A DNA stretch of 64,000 bases from positions 71,052,001 through 71,116,000 of the forward strand of contig NC_087247.1 in NCBI RefSeq assembly GCF_037042905.1. The letters run 5' to 3'. The stretch is from Lytechinus pictus. Lineage: Eukaryota. A model generated the notes under the pieces. The model was not told where the DNA came from and did not search any database. It saw only the letters and a list, made by a program, of their open reading frames with translations. Within the stretch, counting starts at the first letter, position 1; every line of letters begins with the position of its first letter. A program made the translations under genes and the position numbers. Of this stretch, positions 24,158-39,389 are shown one piece after another.

Positions 24158-25872
24158 TAGGAGTGGGCTATACATGGGTCAAAAATATTTTTTTTGTAAT
24201 TTCAGTATGATAACAGTTTTTTTTTATTCCTTGTAATGTATCTCAACATGAAATGACAATATTTTTTGTCTCGGGTCCGAGAAAAAAGTGTGCCGGGCCA
24301 AAATCCAAAATGGCCGCCCAAACCCCCCAAAATCACAGTTTTGGCCACAACTTTTTTATTTGGTTGTCAATTTATCTGGTTTTGGTGTCTATTCATATGT
24401 TTTGGGGGGCAGGCAATTTGTTTTTTCTATAATTAGTACTTTAAAACCATTATTTGTAGAGTTAAAAGGTAATTATACCTAAATTTTCCCATTTTTGTAG
24501 CCCTTTTTCAGCCAAAAAGTAGGTTTTATCATCCTGGGGTTCTGGGATATTAGATGGTACGAGGTCGACAATAGCAAATCGCTTCATATAGCTATATTGC
24601 TTTGATTCCTCCACTTTGGGTTTTACGGATATTTGTGAAATATATCTTATTAAATAAAAAAATGTCAATTATCCATTGGGGCTATACAGTATACATACAT
24701 TTATGTACAATGTACTGTACATACATACTGCACTGCATAAATGCATTGGCCACCATGACAGATAACAAGGCTTGTATAAACTATAGTGTCATAACAATAT
24801 GAGCTCTCAGGTTTAGAATTAGATGCCTCAGAAATTGAAGATATGTTTTGTCTCAGAAATTGAGGACATGCTTTGTCAAATATGCTAATTCAGGGGGCGG
24901 AGAGAGGTAATTTACACTGTAGCTATTCTGGGCCCCGTTGCATAAAAATTTACCATTATGTTAACTTAAACTTAATGGTAACTTGCATGCAATCCTTTAT
25001 TCTGATTGGCTGTTGATCAGCGTTACCATGATACTAGTAGTTACCTGACCCTATAAACATAGGCCAGTTAGACACCAGAACCAGGTTTTAAAAAAGCCTC
25101 CAAATGAAGAAGATATGGCTAAAAATGTGATGTACGTATATATACATGTATGTGATATATACATGTAAGTGTAATTTACGTTGCTGGTTTCACCATGTAC
25201 ATCAGCTGACAAAGAATCAAATTCACAATCTAATTCTAAACCTTTGAAGCTCATTTCTATGACACTATAGTTTATATACAGGCCTTGTCATATGCCATGG
25301 TGGTCAATGCATGGATATATGCAGTGTAGTATGTACAGTGCATTGTACACCGTATAGACCCTATGGATAAATGACATTTTCTTTTATTTGATAAGATATA
25401 TTTCACAAATATCCGTAAAACCCAAAGTGGAGGAATAAAAGCAATATAGCTACATGAAGCTGCTTGCTATTGTTGACCTCGTACCATCTAATATCCCAGA
25501 ACCCCAGGATGATAAAACCCACTTTTTGGCTGAAAAAAGGCTACAAAAATTGGGAAATTTAGGTATAATTACCTTTTAACTCTACAAATAATGGTTTAAA
25601 AGTACTAATTATAGGAAAAACAAATTACCTGCCCCCCAAAACATATGAATAGACACCAAAACCAGAGAAAATGACCACCAAATAAAAAAGTTGTGGCCAA
25701 AACTGTGATTTTGGGGGGTTTTGGCGGCCATTTTGGATTTTGGCCCGGCACACTTTTTTCTCGGACCCGAGACAAAAAATATTGTCATTTCATGTTGAGA
25801 TAAGGTAAAAGGAACACAAAAAAACTGTTCCCACAGTAAAACCAAAAATCACCCATTTATAGCCCACTCCTA
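24158..25872. mobile_element. 1.7-kb long-TIR (foldback-like) non-autonomous DNA transposon, TAG...CTA termini
   Basis: TAGGAGTGGGCTATA / TATAGCCCACTCCTA; ~630-650-bp highly similar inverted arms (e.g. TGTCTCGGGTCCGAGAAAAAAGTGTGCCGGGCCAAAATCCAAAATGGCCGCC and its reverse complement); flanking direct repeat ATATAAT. Confidence 0.92.
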
Positions 25873-28800
25873 ATATAATCCTTGTACACAACAGACCTAT
25901 ACCTGTAACTGTTACATGTATGTATAAGGGTGAACTTAATGTACTAGATTTTATTTCAATCAAATATTTCAACTCATCACTTTAAAGAAGAATTAGCACT
26001 GTAATCTTGCGAGAAATAATTATCTAATATCATGAAATTATTCCTTTTTCATTGGGATGAAAAAGCAATGATATGTCTGTGCTGTAAAATTCAACTTTCC
26101 ACAATGTGGATCGTTTTCTTCTCAGTGAAATGTATACCAAAGAAAACTCAGAAACCTCAGAAAACACTCGACTAAACTGTGTCAAGTAGAAAGAATATTA
26201 TCTGCATGAATGATCATCCTTATGGCTCCCAAGTCTTAGCATCAAGATGAGAGCTTTGGTGTAGGGCAAATCACTTTATGGTTTCATTATATATTTTGTG
26301 TTCACTTGTGAGACGACAAAACCCTGTAGTAAATGATTTGGTTTTTCTTCGATTCTTTATGCTAGCCTGCTATCATGAAGATGACTCGAGTCTGACGCAT
26401 AATGTTTTTGGTTCACGTCTTCTAAACCCTCTGGGGATAATCCTCTCCAATCTAAGGCACGATGAGATGAACAAGATGACGTTTACCCCGTTCCACTCTA
26501 CATTGGCCCTTCATACGTTCAAGATTGTTGCAAAGAAAAGAGGAAAGAGAAGAAAATAATCGCTTAGAGATTTTTGGTTGGAATAAACTGGTCTATTGTC
26601 ATTAGGTATGTCATTCTTATGATGTAAGCGTGGTTTTTCTGTTGAATCTATAAAATTATACACCTCAACAAAATCAACTTATGACGTGTGTGGTTTACCA
26701 CCATACCCTCACCTTACCAATCTGTGTACAAAGCAAGATTTTAATAAAAGATGGATGATTAGTCAAGAGTTATCAATAAACTCTACTTATCGAGAGTACA
26801 ATCAACTATTCACAGATACTTGAATTTATGCACTATCTTATGATAATCATGCAACATTTCCTATGAATTGAAATTTTGGCCAAAACATTTAACGAACACT
26901 TGTAAATATGTTGTGTCATTTCCTTTATTCTATTTACTTTCGATTATAATGCATATATTTTATCACATGTGCAATCTTTTTCTTTTAAAATGAGTATAAA
27001 TACAACCTATTCAAAACTTAAGGTAACAAATTACAAATCATCTTTGGTAGGAAAGAAATAGCTGAATGTCTATGACTAATAAGAGATGATTTCGGGCATC
27101 ACAAGTTCAATGTTAGAAAATTGTTCAGTTGAAATCACATTATATGAAATCAACTCCATAGCGATCAAATTATACATTATTTACAATGACACTCGATCTG
27201 TCGGTCGGTTTAGAATCTGTTAGTCTGACTATGCACACTTTCATCAGTTTCCCTTCTCTTCTCTTAATCATCATAGACATCCAAACAATGAAAACTATGG
27301 AGAAAATATGGAAGACAAAACAGAAAGCAGAGAGAGAGAGAGGGGGTGGGGGTAGTGGGGAGAGGGGGTGTGAGTCTGTGTGTTTCAATGTCTCTTTCTC
27401 TTTTAGGTAGTTTGCTTATTTGATTTCACTATATTCATTTTTTATCAATTTGATGCCAAAGAAAAAAAATTTAAAATCATTGCAAGATAATTTCAATAAA
27501 AAAACTGATCTACTAAGAAGACATTTGATTGAAGCTATGAAATCAGTTGTATAAATTGTAATTAAATAGTTAAAATTTAAGGTGAAATTAATTTTACAAA
27601 TGAAAATGCCGAAACCGGGATATGAATTAAACCATTGTGTTGTATCTAAAGGAATAACTTAAAATGGTGTTGGGATTACCAGTGTAATAAGAGGCGAGGG
27701 ATGGAGAATATCATAGAAGAATGGTAACGAGCCGTGAGATCGAATGAATTAATGAAGGGTAAAATGCCGTTGACAGGAAAGCATCATATCACCATTATCT
27801 AATATCGCGTGTGATTAGTAAAGAGAAGAGAATGCGAGGGCTTCATTAGTCTGGTTAAGAATGGTTTACGGTGAATCTTACTTTAGACAATAACATTCAA
27901 GGACGACATGACCATGATCTAAAGGTTACATTATCAGTCCTAATTCAAACAGCATACACATGATACATAAGGAGATTAACTTGTATAAACCAATACTTAA
28001 CAGTCTAGCAGCTAACAAATCTAAGTTTCATTCAGTTAATTCGGCCCATTAAAATATTCGTGCGCATTAAGTGCCTATATCCTATGCAAAATATCATTGG
28101 AAGGTCTATTTGTACGTTAATGTATAGTCGAGAAGCTTGTGATAACGTATGGTTTAACAGGGTATGCATTGGAGTTTCAGCTAAAATAATGATGACTTCA
28201 TGCACATCAAAAGTTTACCTGATAATATTTGGATTATTTCTCTAAAATAGTTGTTCGAAATTTTTACCCTTTTTAATGTATATGAACGGTTTCTAATTTG
28301 ATGAATACGACGTAAAATCCATGGAAATACTGCTGAGTACTTGGTAATTTTAGTTTAGTGAGAGTTTTAAAGTGGGATTGCCCCCCGAAAAAAATAAAAA
28401 AATAAAAATCAATAACTGGTTATTATTACTTAAAAACAAACGACAAATAATGTTTTTACTTTTATTACGCAATCCCTAGAAGATTTTCCTAAAACTTCTT
28501 AAAAACACATATTTTATTACAATTGACTTGTCTCTGATAGTTTCCGGTGCTACATGTTTACGGACACACAATTTTGAACAGGAAAATATCTTAATTTAGA
28601 GTTTTCGAGTTTGAAGTAAATCTAGCTCGCTTGGTAAATCTACAATTAGATTTTCACCACGTGTTCCTGACACTCCATCCCTCAGCCTACTTTAGTTCTT
28701 CTTCTTCTTATTGAGTAATCGCCCTTACATCTACTGCTGTTACAATAATTGCAAATGCCACTCAGGCATTCTTATTCTAGATTATTGCCCAACGCAAAAC

Positions 28801-31800
28801 CCAAGATTCCTCTAATATTGTAGACAGAAAACACACAAAGAGCGCTGTTCAGTGACCTTAATATAGGAACGGACTTGCCAGGGGGTTAGGAAAGACAAAG
28901 TGAAATGGAGACTGAATAGTATCATAGGCCGAATATTACCTTCGTCGTCATAAGATGGTGCGGGGATTATGTAGGTGTGTGTGTGTTACATGAAGATTCT
29001 AAAAGAAAGCCCATTTGACTGTGTCGAATGTTTGAAGTATAAAGTGATGTCTGTTAAAATGATTCTTAAATTCCCCAAACAATTCCAGTCCACAAATAAA
29101 AAAAGAAAGAGATTAATTGGACCGTTTTCTTGCGGGAAGTACCTTCTTACTATAACAGCAGCTGCTAAATCTGTGAAACCACTCCAATATCAACTCTCTT
29201 TTCCAACATGTAAAAAAGACATACTCTTTAAGCTCTTCCCTAGATAATCCTTAAAGTTGTAAACTAGCCATTCTATCCCCCCTCCCCCTCTCTCCTTCTC
29301 TCTCTCTCCCATCCTCTTTTTTTCTCTTTCTTTATCTTTGTCTTTTTCTCCTCTTCCATTCCCTATCTCACTTTCACCATCTCCATATTGGGCAATTTGG
29401 ATGTTCTGTATTTTATCACTTTTTATCGTTAATATACACTAGCGGCCAATATAGTTTTACATTTGGAAATATGAAACAAAATTATGATAATATAACTGGT
29501 TTCTAAGACTACAGAAATTTGTTAAGTATTACCATGTGGTCCCATCTATTATTATTCATTTCGCCCTGAAGAAAGGAGTCTGGTCGATTTACTAATGCAT
29601 TTTCAAGATCCGGTTATGACTGTATGGAGAGAATTTGATAGATCTATGGGAGAGAAGGATAGAAAGTGATAGAGAGTGGGAAGGGAAAGAGGGGGAGAGG
29701 GAGGGAGAGGGGGAGCTTGGGAGGGGTAATGGGAGACTAGTAGATAGGAAGACATCAAGAAAATATTTTATGCATGTGATCTGTGTACTTGTCTGAACAA
29801 ACAAACAGGAATTATAAATCCCACATTCTTGCTTGTTGCTGATAATGTATTTATTTAAATTCTATACAAGCATGATCATACCAACATTCATTGTCACTTC
29901 GGCTGTCATTTTACATTACATGTTAATAACAGAGGAACTAATTTTGCCAAATCCGTAATCACTCTTCTCATTTCTTGATATGTTGATAATGTCGTATCAA
30001 ACCAAAGTAAACAGCAACTCTCTAATGTTCAACCACATCTTCATTACTTGACATAAGCTTATTTTGTCGTAATATTGTATATAAGAAATGTGTGTACATA
30101 GTGTAATGCCTATCCCTACATGATTTTATCCACAGACAGTGCGACATGAACACCCTCCATCAATGCACTAGTGGTGTCATTATAGTTGGCCCCTCACAGT
30201 AACCATTTTATTGCCATAATATAGAGAGCCAAAGCAAAAAAAAGTATCTGTGGTCATGAAACCTTCTTTATTCCACCCGCCATAAAATTGGCTTTCCCAT
30301 ATGAATTTCTATACTCTCTTCTTACTTCCCTGAATCTTTCTTTTATATTTCTATCTTGCTCTTTCACTCTCTCACAAACGTGTTTTCCCTTTTTCTTACA
30401 TTTTAATCCTGTCTTGAAGCGTCCAGTATTACTTACCCAGCTTTTTTTTTCTTTTCGGAATGATTTCACTCGACCATAGGTTTCTTAATTAACTCTGGTC
30501 CATCGTGTTATAATTGTAATGCATGCGGCACGTCAACCGAATTAACGTATACCCAAGGAGTACCAGTGCGCTTCAAAATGAAAATCATTTTCTTCTTGGG
30601 AACACACGTGACATCTAGGTCGTTCTAATTGGGTCAATGACTTCGAGATTCTGAAAACTTGGCGACTTCTCGCCGCCATTTTGAATGAGTCTGTAGTGAT
30701 TGGTAGAATGCAAGACGTCAGGAGCTTGGGGCTTATTATGTTGAATCAATGATAGATACGAGGGTTTTCTGAAGCCAGGAACAACTACATGACTTTATTC
30801 ATTAGACATCTTAATAAAAGCCGCCTTGCTTCAAGACGCAGTATTATCGAATTCAATCCTCTTTTCTATACATTCAAGAATGTTGCATTATTTTGTTATC
30901 GAAATTATAATTAAAATTATAATTAAAGGGGCCTGCGCTTGATCCCGTGGGCTGTTCTATTCACTTCGTATAAATTTGGGTTTTAGTAATAAAGAATGTA
31001 GGTTAAATACATTAGTTGTGGCACAAAACTGTGTAAAAGTGGTCGTCAGGGGCTATTAACCTATTGCCAGGCGTTTATCGGATGTATGCATTAATTTGTA
31101 AATATATTTTGCATCTGGAACATTCTCTACCTCTGAGTATACTTAAATTTATTGATTTCATTTTTCTTATGTTTAGCTCTTTATAGTCAAATATTAAATT
31201 ATAATGTTTGCTCCAGAGGCAAATGAATCTCTGTTTAGTATAGAACTGTTTTAATTTCTTTTTGCTATATTTCCTGATAAGAAGAAATGATTATCATTTT
31301 TAAACGCATTTTTGTATGCCATAATGAATCGTCTGTGACATGACTGTAATGTGATTACTGACTAACACAGCGGAATACCTCACACGCGCGTACACACCAC
31401 ACACCCACTCACACCACATACACCGCATATGCGCACAATCCCGCTGCGTCCACCCACCCATACACACTCACAAATATTCATGCAAATGGTTTCTGCACTT
31501 CCAGTCAAGTTCTACAAATCCTTATTGAAACCATTTTGTCCAGCATGTCCAAGATTTGTCAATGATTACATCAATCTGAAATGGAAAAGGATGCCAGTGG
31601 AGTTTTTGTTCGAATGTTTAATTCCTCAATGTCAATAACTTATTCTATATTTGATTTGCTTTATAAATTATCAATGGCAGCTGTATCGTGTGAAGCATCT
31701 AACCAGTGTCACCAAATAACTTCCTTTACACGGATGCTGGAATACAAAGATGGCGCCATACCCGCATAACATGATAGTGATTCATTTAATAGATTCAACA

Positions 31801-32289
31801 CTCTCAATACTATATTTTTTTCTACCGACTCCCCCCCCCCCCCCCCTCTCGCAGCTTCACTCTCTATCTCTCTCTCTTTCTCTTTTCAATTTTCTTTCTC
31901 ATTCTCTTCTGTTATACACTCTTATCCCGTAAATGGATTAAATGCGAAAGAATATATGTATGAAAATAACTATGTCTTTCATACTACTTATTGCGTATTA
32001 TACTGTATTCAATTTTTCTTCTATAGAAACTGCATTTTTATATGGATATTGAATGGTGTGTTGGTTGGCATGTTGCCATAGTATATGTTGTTATAATTGA
32101 AACTAAACAAGTTTTTGTCTCAATGATTCAATACCATTCATTTCTTTGTCATGACATAAATTTGAGAAGACCTCTGACTAGTCGTTATTCTCACGTCTGG
32201 TTTCGCAAAATAGTTATATAGTTGAAGTAATGTGCTTCGGTAGGCTCAATTGTACTTATATTTACTGTTATATTTTTGTTTAATTACAG

Positions 32290-32428
32290 GTTGTAGGTAT
32301 ATACTATGGAGCTAAGAGACAATACGAGCCAGTACCAGGAAAGACAATTGATTGGCCGGGTAGTGTGATTCCACCTGATACTCCAAAATGTGGATTTGAA
32401 AATGAGTTGTGCCCACCTACCGATAACA
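32290..32428 (+). CDS. Receptor guanylyl cyclase (NPR-like) exon: juxtamembrane region with WP...PPDxPxCGF hinge
   Basis: Acceptor taattacag, donor |gtaagt at 32429; 139 nt, phase 0 to 1; VVGIYYGAKRQYEPVPGKTIDWPGSVIPPDTPKCGFENELCPPTDN. Missed by the ORF track. Confidence 0.93.
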
Positions 32429-34187
32429 GTAAGTAAAGACCTTCCATCCGAAATCTCGAGGTGTTCTGGGAGGATTTTTCTTCCAGTTGATATCCTCTCT
32501 TGGTTGACACAATTTTAGAAAAGATTACGATGAAATTCCATACCCCCAAATCGATTTGTATGCAGATAGGCGGTGAATCTTTCCAAAATACCCGAGTGAG
32601 AATTCGGTCAACTTTGGAATGAATGCATCGGTTATGTGGGACAGAGTATTTGTTAGTGAATAGCAAATTGGGCAGTATGTGCACCAAATCCTAGATATAA
32701 GATTAAAAGCTTACTAATTACCCACATTTTAATTTTCCCGGTCACATCCAGATTTTTCTTTATTCCTTTTCCCGTTTTTTCAATATCGGAGCCTGAGGAA
32801 CACCGTTTAAGTACAGAGCTATGCCTCTGTTGAAATAGATAAGAGAAACCTTTCAAATCGTCAGTTTGATAGTTTTATTGTTGTCTTTTTTATTGATTCT
32901 CCTCAAATCGGGGACTTTAATGTTTAAAGTTTAATGTGCTTTAGATTAGAAAATGGTGGAAATTGAAACAAAATATTGAAACAAACACAATCAAATTAAA
33001 TTTGTAGGCAATCGCTTTCAAAGTTGTAGAATGATGATCTTTTTTTCTTAAGAGAAGAACTGTCATGGTGAAGAGAAATCTGTCATGTTCCGTAATCTAT
33101 TTTAATTCGATTATAATTTCAATCAAAACCGCGTCTTATCTGATGTTCGTTCTAATGGATCAAACGTTTCATCAAAACGTGCGATGATTAATATATGTAG
33201 TAGTCGGGGTATGGGAGACAGGCTACTGATTTCCTCTGGGACAGTGCCGCTATATGTCAGATTTTAGAACTAAACTTCATCAACCTGCTAACATCAATTA
33301 AGATATGCAATCATCTCGATTCATTGGTGGATGCCAATTAATGGGCCGAAACTCTACGATCGACAAGTGAAACACTCAAGAATGCTCAACACGCACGTTT
33401 TTTCCACGTTGAAAATATTTTTAGGGGAAAAGAAATTTCGAAGCGATTAAGTGACGTCTTTCACTTTCCATCATGATCTATAATCAGTGACATGAACGGT
33501 TTATATTGCACCGAAGATTTCAACAATAATCTTAATTGATTAACGTGTTTCAAATCAACTAAAGTTTGCTATTAGTATGTGACTGGAATTAAAAAAAAAA
33601 ACTCTTTCGAAATTATTACTTTAAAATATTGACATTTTCATTTCCCTGGTGGCTTATATATACTCTTTCAGCATATTTTGCTGTCCTTTCATTAATAAAG
33701 ATATTAACCAAGAATTACCTTCGAAGGTGAAATAAACTTAGCGCTGCTCCCTACGTGGTTTCACTTGTCTTTTTCATTATATAAAAAATATAATGAAAAA
33801 TTCTTGCATCTTGTTTTTTTTTTCTTGTACAATTTGTTTTCCCCTCCTGTCTTATTATGTTTAATTTAATGCACATATAGTTTGCTTCATCATTCGATAG
33901 ATATCTAAAATAAAACCTATAAAATCATGCAGGATTTGATAAAGCACACATCTTTTTAGAATATCCCAGATATCATATTGCAAGCAGGGGCGTTTTTATA
34001 AATTCAGTTTGCTATGGAAAGAAAAGGAAAAATATTTTTAACTTCATAATGTATTGTGTAGATTATATTGAATAGGATAGCTGAAATAAAGCAAATATTA
34101 TGTCATAATTTTTACTTGCTCCAACAGCTTACTGGAATACGACACCTCATATAATCATTACTTTAACATTTTTTTATTTAACCCTAG

Positions 34188-34266
34188 GTCCAATGACTCT
34201 TTGGATCATGGGTGCAATGGCCATTATCATTCTGAGTGCTGTTGTCATTATTCTCTTTGTGTTGAG
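34188..34266 (+). CDS. Receptor guanylyl cyclase (NPR-like) exon: transmembrane helix
   Basis: Acceptor tttaaccctag, donor AG|gtaagt at 34267; 79 nt, phase 1 to 2; (S)PMTLWIMGAMAIIILSAVVIILFVL(R), a hydrophobic TM segment. Confidence 0.9.
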
Positions 34267-34636
34267 GTAAGTCAAAGATAATACTTTCCATCAAGTCAAA
34301 CTAGGGATAGATGATGAAGGGTGTTTCATTAAAGTGAAAGAGTGATAATGGATTGGTAGTTGTCAGACTATCTACTCAATGAATGGAAGAGTCTTCTCAG
34401 CTTCTGGATTCCCCATAATAACTGTAATAGCTGGGATGACGACAAGTTCGTGTTTGCTTAACATTAGAATGTGAGTGGGTATAAGACGTGTCATACTCAC
34501 TTCAGCTTTACCTTAATGGCATTGCTTCCCAAAAGGGTATTGTGATTGGTGTACACCATTCTCATGTTCATTTACCAAAGGGGTTCATGTTGCAAATTTT
34601 GACAATTAGAGGGCGAGAATACATGTTTGCCTGAAC

Positions 34637-34857
34637 CACTAGCAGATACAGGGGGGAGCCGCCCCGTGCCCCCTCCCCCTTTTAAGAGGCACAATTAAAA
34701 TTGGTAATGTAAAGATGGCGTTAAAACAGAAGCCCCCCCCCTTTGAAAGTGAAACCCTTTTTTTGCCTGAAATTTCCTTATTTTTATGTTGAAAACCATT
34801 TTTCCTCGGTAAAATGTGCACCCCCCTCCTATTTGGAAAATCCTGGATCCGCCCCTG
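34637..34857. mobile_element. hAT-type MITE
   Basis: Right TIR CCTGGATCCGCCCCTG, decayed left TIR CACTAGCAGATACAGG; TSD GCCTGAAC / GCCTGAAG (7/8 match). Confidence 0.75.
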
Positions 34858-37800
34858 GCCTGAAGGTAGGCAAACCAGGGTTGAAATCATTCATGAATAG
34901 AGATACCATGTTGGAGTCATCCTCTAAACCCAGCTCTTCTTTATGGTGATATCCATACAACTAAGGAATTACATATCATAGGACAAAGTATATTTTCTAT
35001 GTATCAAAGTAGTATTTGAGCATCAGTCTATAAAGAAAGAATAAAACTAGGCTTTGGCAATTTTGAAACGTGTTATAACTTCGCATCACCAGTAAATCAT
35101 CATTTTCACACATCATATATATACATGCCATACAAACTGTTTCAACCGAGTTTAATCATCTATGTAAGGCTCTCAATTCAAAAATAAAAATAGAGTGATT
35201 CGACTATCATGTTACTTGGCAATTCAATCTTATATATTTATATAAATATATACGTCTAAACAAATTCTGTCTCATTGTTATTCTTTCATCAGTTGAAAAA
35301 AAATAGTCAAAAGACTTCTTAATTTTGAAATTGTTTACATCTTATCACCTCAGTATATCACATCTGTGATTTATGAATACACTGGGTATTCAACTCCATT
35401 CTCTGGTACTTAAACGTGTGGCTGTGAAACGCATTTCCTTAAATTATTAACATGAATGTTTCGGCATCGCTCATTGATGTTATGGCGTCATTACAATTAC
35501 CTGGTCAAGAATTTAAAGCCGTACCAGGACACTTTTATCATCGAAAGGGTGCATATCTGGGCATTTTAAAGGAAATTTTGGTAAATTTATATTTAAGATT
35601 TGATTAAAAAGAAGAAAAATGAATCAATAATTATGTTACTGAATTTTTTTTTTTCGAAAGGGAGACAAATTGTATTACCAAGAGGAGATCAAGAAATGGT
35701 GAATGTATATTGTCTTTATGAACCCTGGGATTTCTTTTTAAAAGAGTTAAAGATCAACTGAACTTCTGATAAGTACATGGCCTCATCCCTTTTGCATACC
35801 ATCCTAGATGCACAGTTGTCATTACTATTTTAACTATAATGCATAAAAATCATCATACCATTCTAGTGCTGCTGTCAATTCAATGATATATCACCATCAC
35901 TAACCAGACTTATTATACAGGGGCTTGAAATAGGGCAATCAAGATTCCGTTCTCTTAGTGAATAATATGTGCATGTAAAACGGCACACGGGTTTAAGTTA
36001 TAATTTTATCCCAGCATAAATATATTTAGAGAAAGGTTTTAAGGTTAAATATAATATGCGATATTTTACAAATCGTCTTCTAATTGTCACCCCTGTTTCA
36101 TCCCCCTTTACATGTTCCCGTAACATTGAATAGCATTAGACTATAGAGGCGTTTAGATAGGGGTTGGACTAGGGGCTCTATACAAATGATTTTCATATGT
36201 AATTTTTACCTTTGAATATTGTCACTAAAGTTTAGTTTATATGCGAAAAAAAACAATAATCATAAATAAGTGCAATCATAGCTTTAATGAAAGCAATGTT
36301 CCCCTTTAAATTCTACAATTGTGTGGGGGTTTTTTTGGGGGGATGACTTGCCCTATGGCATTACACTTAATATATTGACTCTAACTTTGTGTTATTTTGT
36401 GCACCATTTTATAAACTTTGCAATTAAAGTCACTTCAGAATTCTGTGAAGAATGCCATAATATTTGATTGTTATTTTCCTTATTATAGGCCTATCATTCC
36501 TTGTTTATTTTGAGTTCTTTTAAACACACTCCTTATACTAATGCCTCTTTTACCAATCATCGTTTCTACAAGAATAATGATAGGTGCCCCTTTCTCTCCG
36601 ACTATAGCCATATGATTTATTCAATTATATAGCCATAATTCCCTCAGGTAACGTGTCCTCTCTATTGGTATTCGCATGCGCCTTTTCTTAACAAAAGAGT
36701 AAAATGCCTCGATTCACTTTGTATTATGTGTAGCTATACTTTAGTACACAGCCCCCCCCCCCAAAAAAAAGGGAGATTTGATGTCCTCCACAGTTGTTGC
36801 AGTTTTACCAATATTTATTTCATTGATCTCATCCAATGTGTAACATAATGGTGATTGTATAATGATGATAGGTATTTTATTATTCATAATAGTGTTTTCA
36901 TAGATAGACCAAACCCTATAACTGCATGCAAATGTCCTAAGTAATAGCAAAATGTAGAAATAATAAAAAATATAAATAATGATACTAATAATGGTAATGA
37001 TAATGATTAATCAGCGATGATCTATTTGCTCGCTAGAAATGAGAATAAGAATGCAAGAAAAGTTAAACTTTCAAAATATACAACAAATCCATGACGGAGC
37101 CATAATTATTTGCAAACTTTACTCTTTAAATGTTGTGTTGTTATTTTTGTGTTTCGATATAAAGTAGGATAAAATCACTACAAACAAATATGTGTGAAAA
37201 GGTTGGGTTTTTTTATTTTTCAAGTGGACCACAATGTTTATAATTGCATGTGACAGCGAACCTAGAAAAGCATTCATGCTGTACAAATATTCCAAGCGAT
37301 GGCATATCCCTTCTTCTTTTGGCTGCTCCCTCCTTTAATGCCAGGCTGTTATTCGGTTGCATGAACCTCCCCCATCATCATCGACTTGAAGATGGCTGAT
37401 AAACCATTCCGACTAACTCTTGGGAATGACCTCTGACAATATCCCGACGTCTGCAGTCAATCCCTGTACACATAGGTTCACGCCTTAACCAGACCAACAA
37501 GATGGCACATAGAACCATGAAAAGCACTCTTCAAGAAGCCAGTGTTGGTGCATGCCATGGTGGTAATGATGAGATTGGCGCCTTCATTAAATGCATGGGT
37601 TCATGGCGGGTCAAATTCACCCAATCTAAATTTGGAAATTTACTGAGCATTGATTTTTCTTTCTCCAGTGACATGCAACTTCATCACAATATGTCATTTG
37701 AATACAGAATGGGATTCCTTAACAAATTTTCATAATTTTATATCAGATGCGCCTCATTCATCAATTTCGTTACGGAGACTATTACTATAGAGTAGTTTAT

Positions 37801-39389
37801 CTTAATATTTATCCAGGGTTTACAGGTATTGTTTTATCGCACCATTTTATTATCTTCGACAATTTTATCGATGGTGGTGAAACACACGATCTTTCAGTTT
37901 GAACATAAATGCATTGATGAACTGATATCGTATTTCATCCCCCAAAATGAACCGTTTTAAATCAAGTGAGGAAAGTAGTCTCACTTGCCATTTTTTTGTC
38001 CCAGTGACACGATTCGTTGATTTTTGATAAATCCACTTTATTTGTCGTAGTGGGTTTTCGGTCTCAATCATTCAAATGTGGTCGTAACTTCGGTCTGGAA
38101 AAAATATTCTTGAAATATTAATGAAAAGTACCTGGTGAAAAGATCTCAAAACATGTACCATAATGTCAATAAAAACTCAATTATTGATACCACAGGTTTT
38201 GTATTGTGCAAATGAGACAATACAGTGAGGGTAGAACTGATAAGTATATGCTCATCTAAAACTGACAAACAAGCGTCATGATGCTGACTACTTGCATGTT
38301 ATATTTCAAATGATATTACTTGCATTGTGCAGATCCTGATACTAAGTATTATAAACGAACAAAATTTAATGCACGAGCACATGATTGTGCTTCATGGGTA
38401 TATCTTCTACAATTTTGTCTAAGCACTGATCAAAATTGATGACATAGGATAAAAATGGGCCTCATTTTGTGACTTGGTAGTAATGTTTTCATTCATTGAT
38501 GAAAAAAATACTTTCAAATTGATTTATGTAATAACCACGAGCCTAGTAGTCAATAGAGTAATTGGTGATGGAATCGAACCCCATCCATCTCTGCTTCCAA
38601 GAGAAGGTGATTGCACTCGTTATCGGAAGATGTACGTAATTCAATATATCTCAATATTGCAGTTTATTAATTCCATGGGATAGCCCCTATATAATGAGAA
38701 ACTTATGAAAATCTCAGAATGACTCGATAGCAAATGTAGAAAATCAGCCAGACGCGTCTTATACCCCCATCTCACTAGATGGCGATTCCACTGCGATCGT
38801 CAAAAATCGACAAAGCGTGGTATAACGTAGCTTGATCGTGCCTTGATCTTTTCAATCTTCTCCGTCGTACCTTGATCTTTTCTGAAGCGGCAAGGATCGC
38901 CACCATCTTTATGGTCGCCACAAAATTTTGAACATGTTCAAAACTTACGTAGCGAGGTCGCGGAGGTGCTAAAGCGCATCACAATCGAGTCATGAGCGTA
39001 TTACAAACGACATATTCGTAGCTGTAACGGAGCCCCAACGCATAAAGCGTAGTATAAGCGCATTAAAAGCGGCACCGATCGCCCGTGGTTTTCAGGCCCG
39101 TTTCCAAGACAATTCTGCTACGCTGCTTCCGTTTACAAGGCGACTGCCTTGCGCTCGACACGCTTCACGCAGCTTCCACCACGACGCTTCCTTCTTTGGG
39201 TGACATGTGGCCCATGTGGCACACGTTCTCAGCCCGCTACAGGCGTTCGCGTTGCGCTTTTGCTGCGCCGCTGATGACTGGGCAGCGATTGCGCAACAAC
39301 CGTCCGCGCTGCTATAAAACGCCGTGCCGATGGTGGCGGATTATCATATTTGCAACAGATTACGAGGCGATACCACGGCGTTTTCAAAC

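Noticed and set aside
32304-32687. 127-aa minus-strand ORF (and similarly 42050-42454)
   Set aside because: Antisense shadows of real + strand exons plus flanking intron or MITE sequence
37300-37750. GC-richer stretch as a nested gene or exon
   Set aside because: Frames I translated on both strands hit stops and show no recognisable motif
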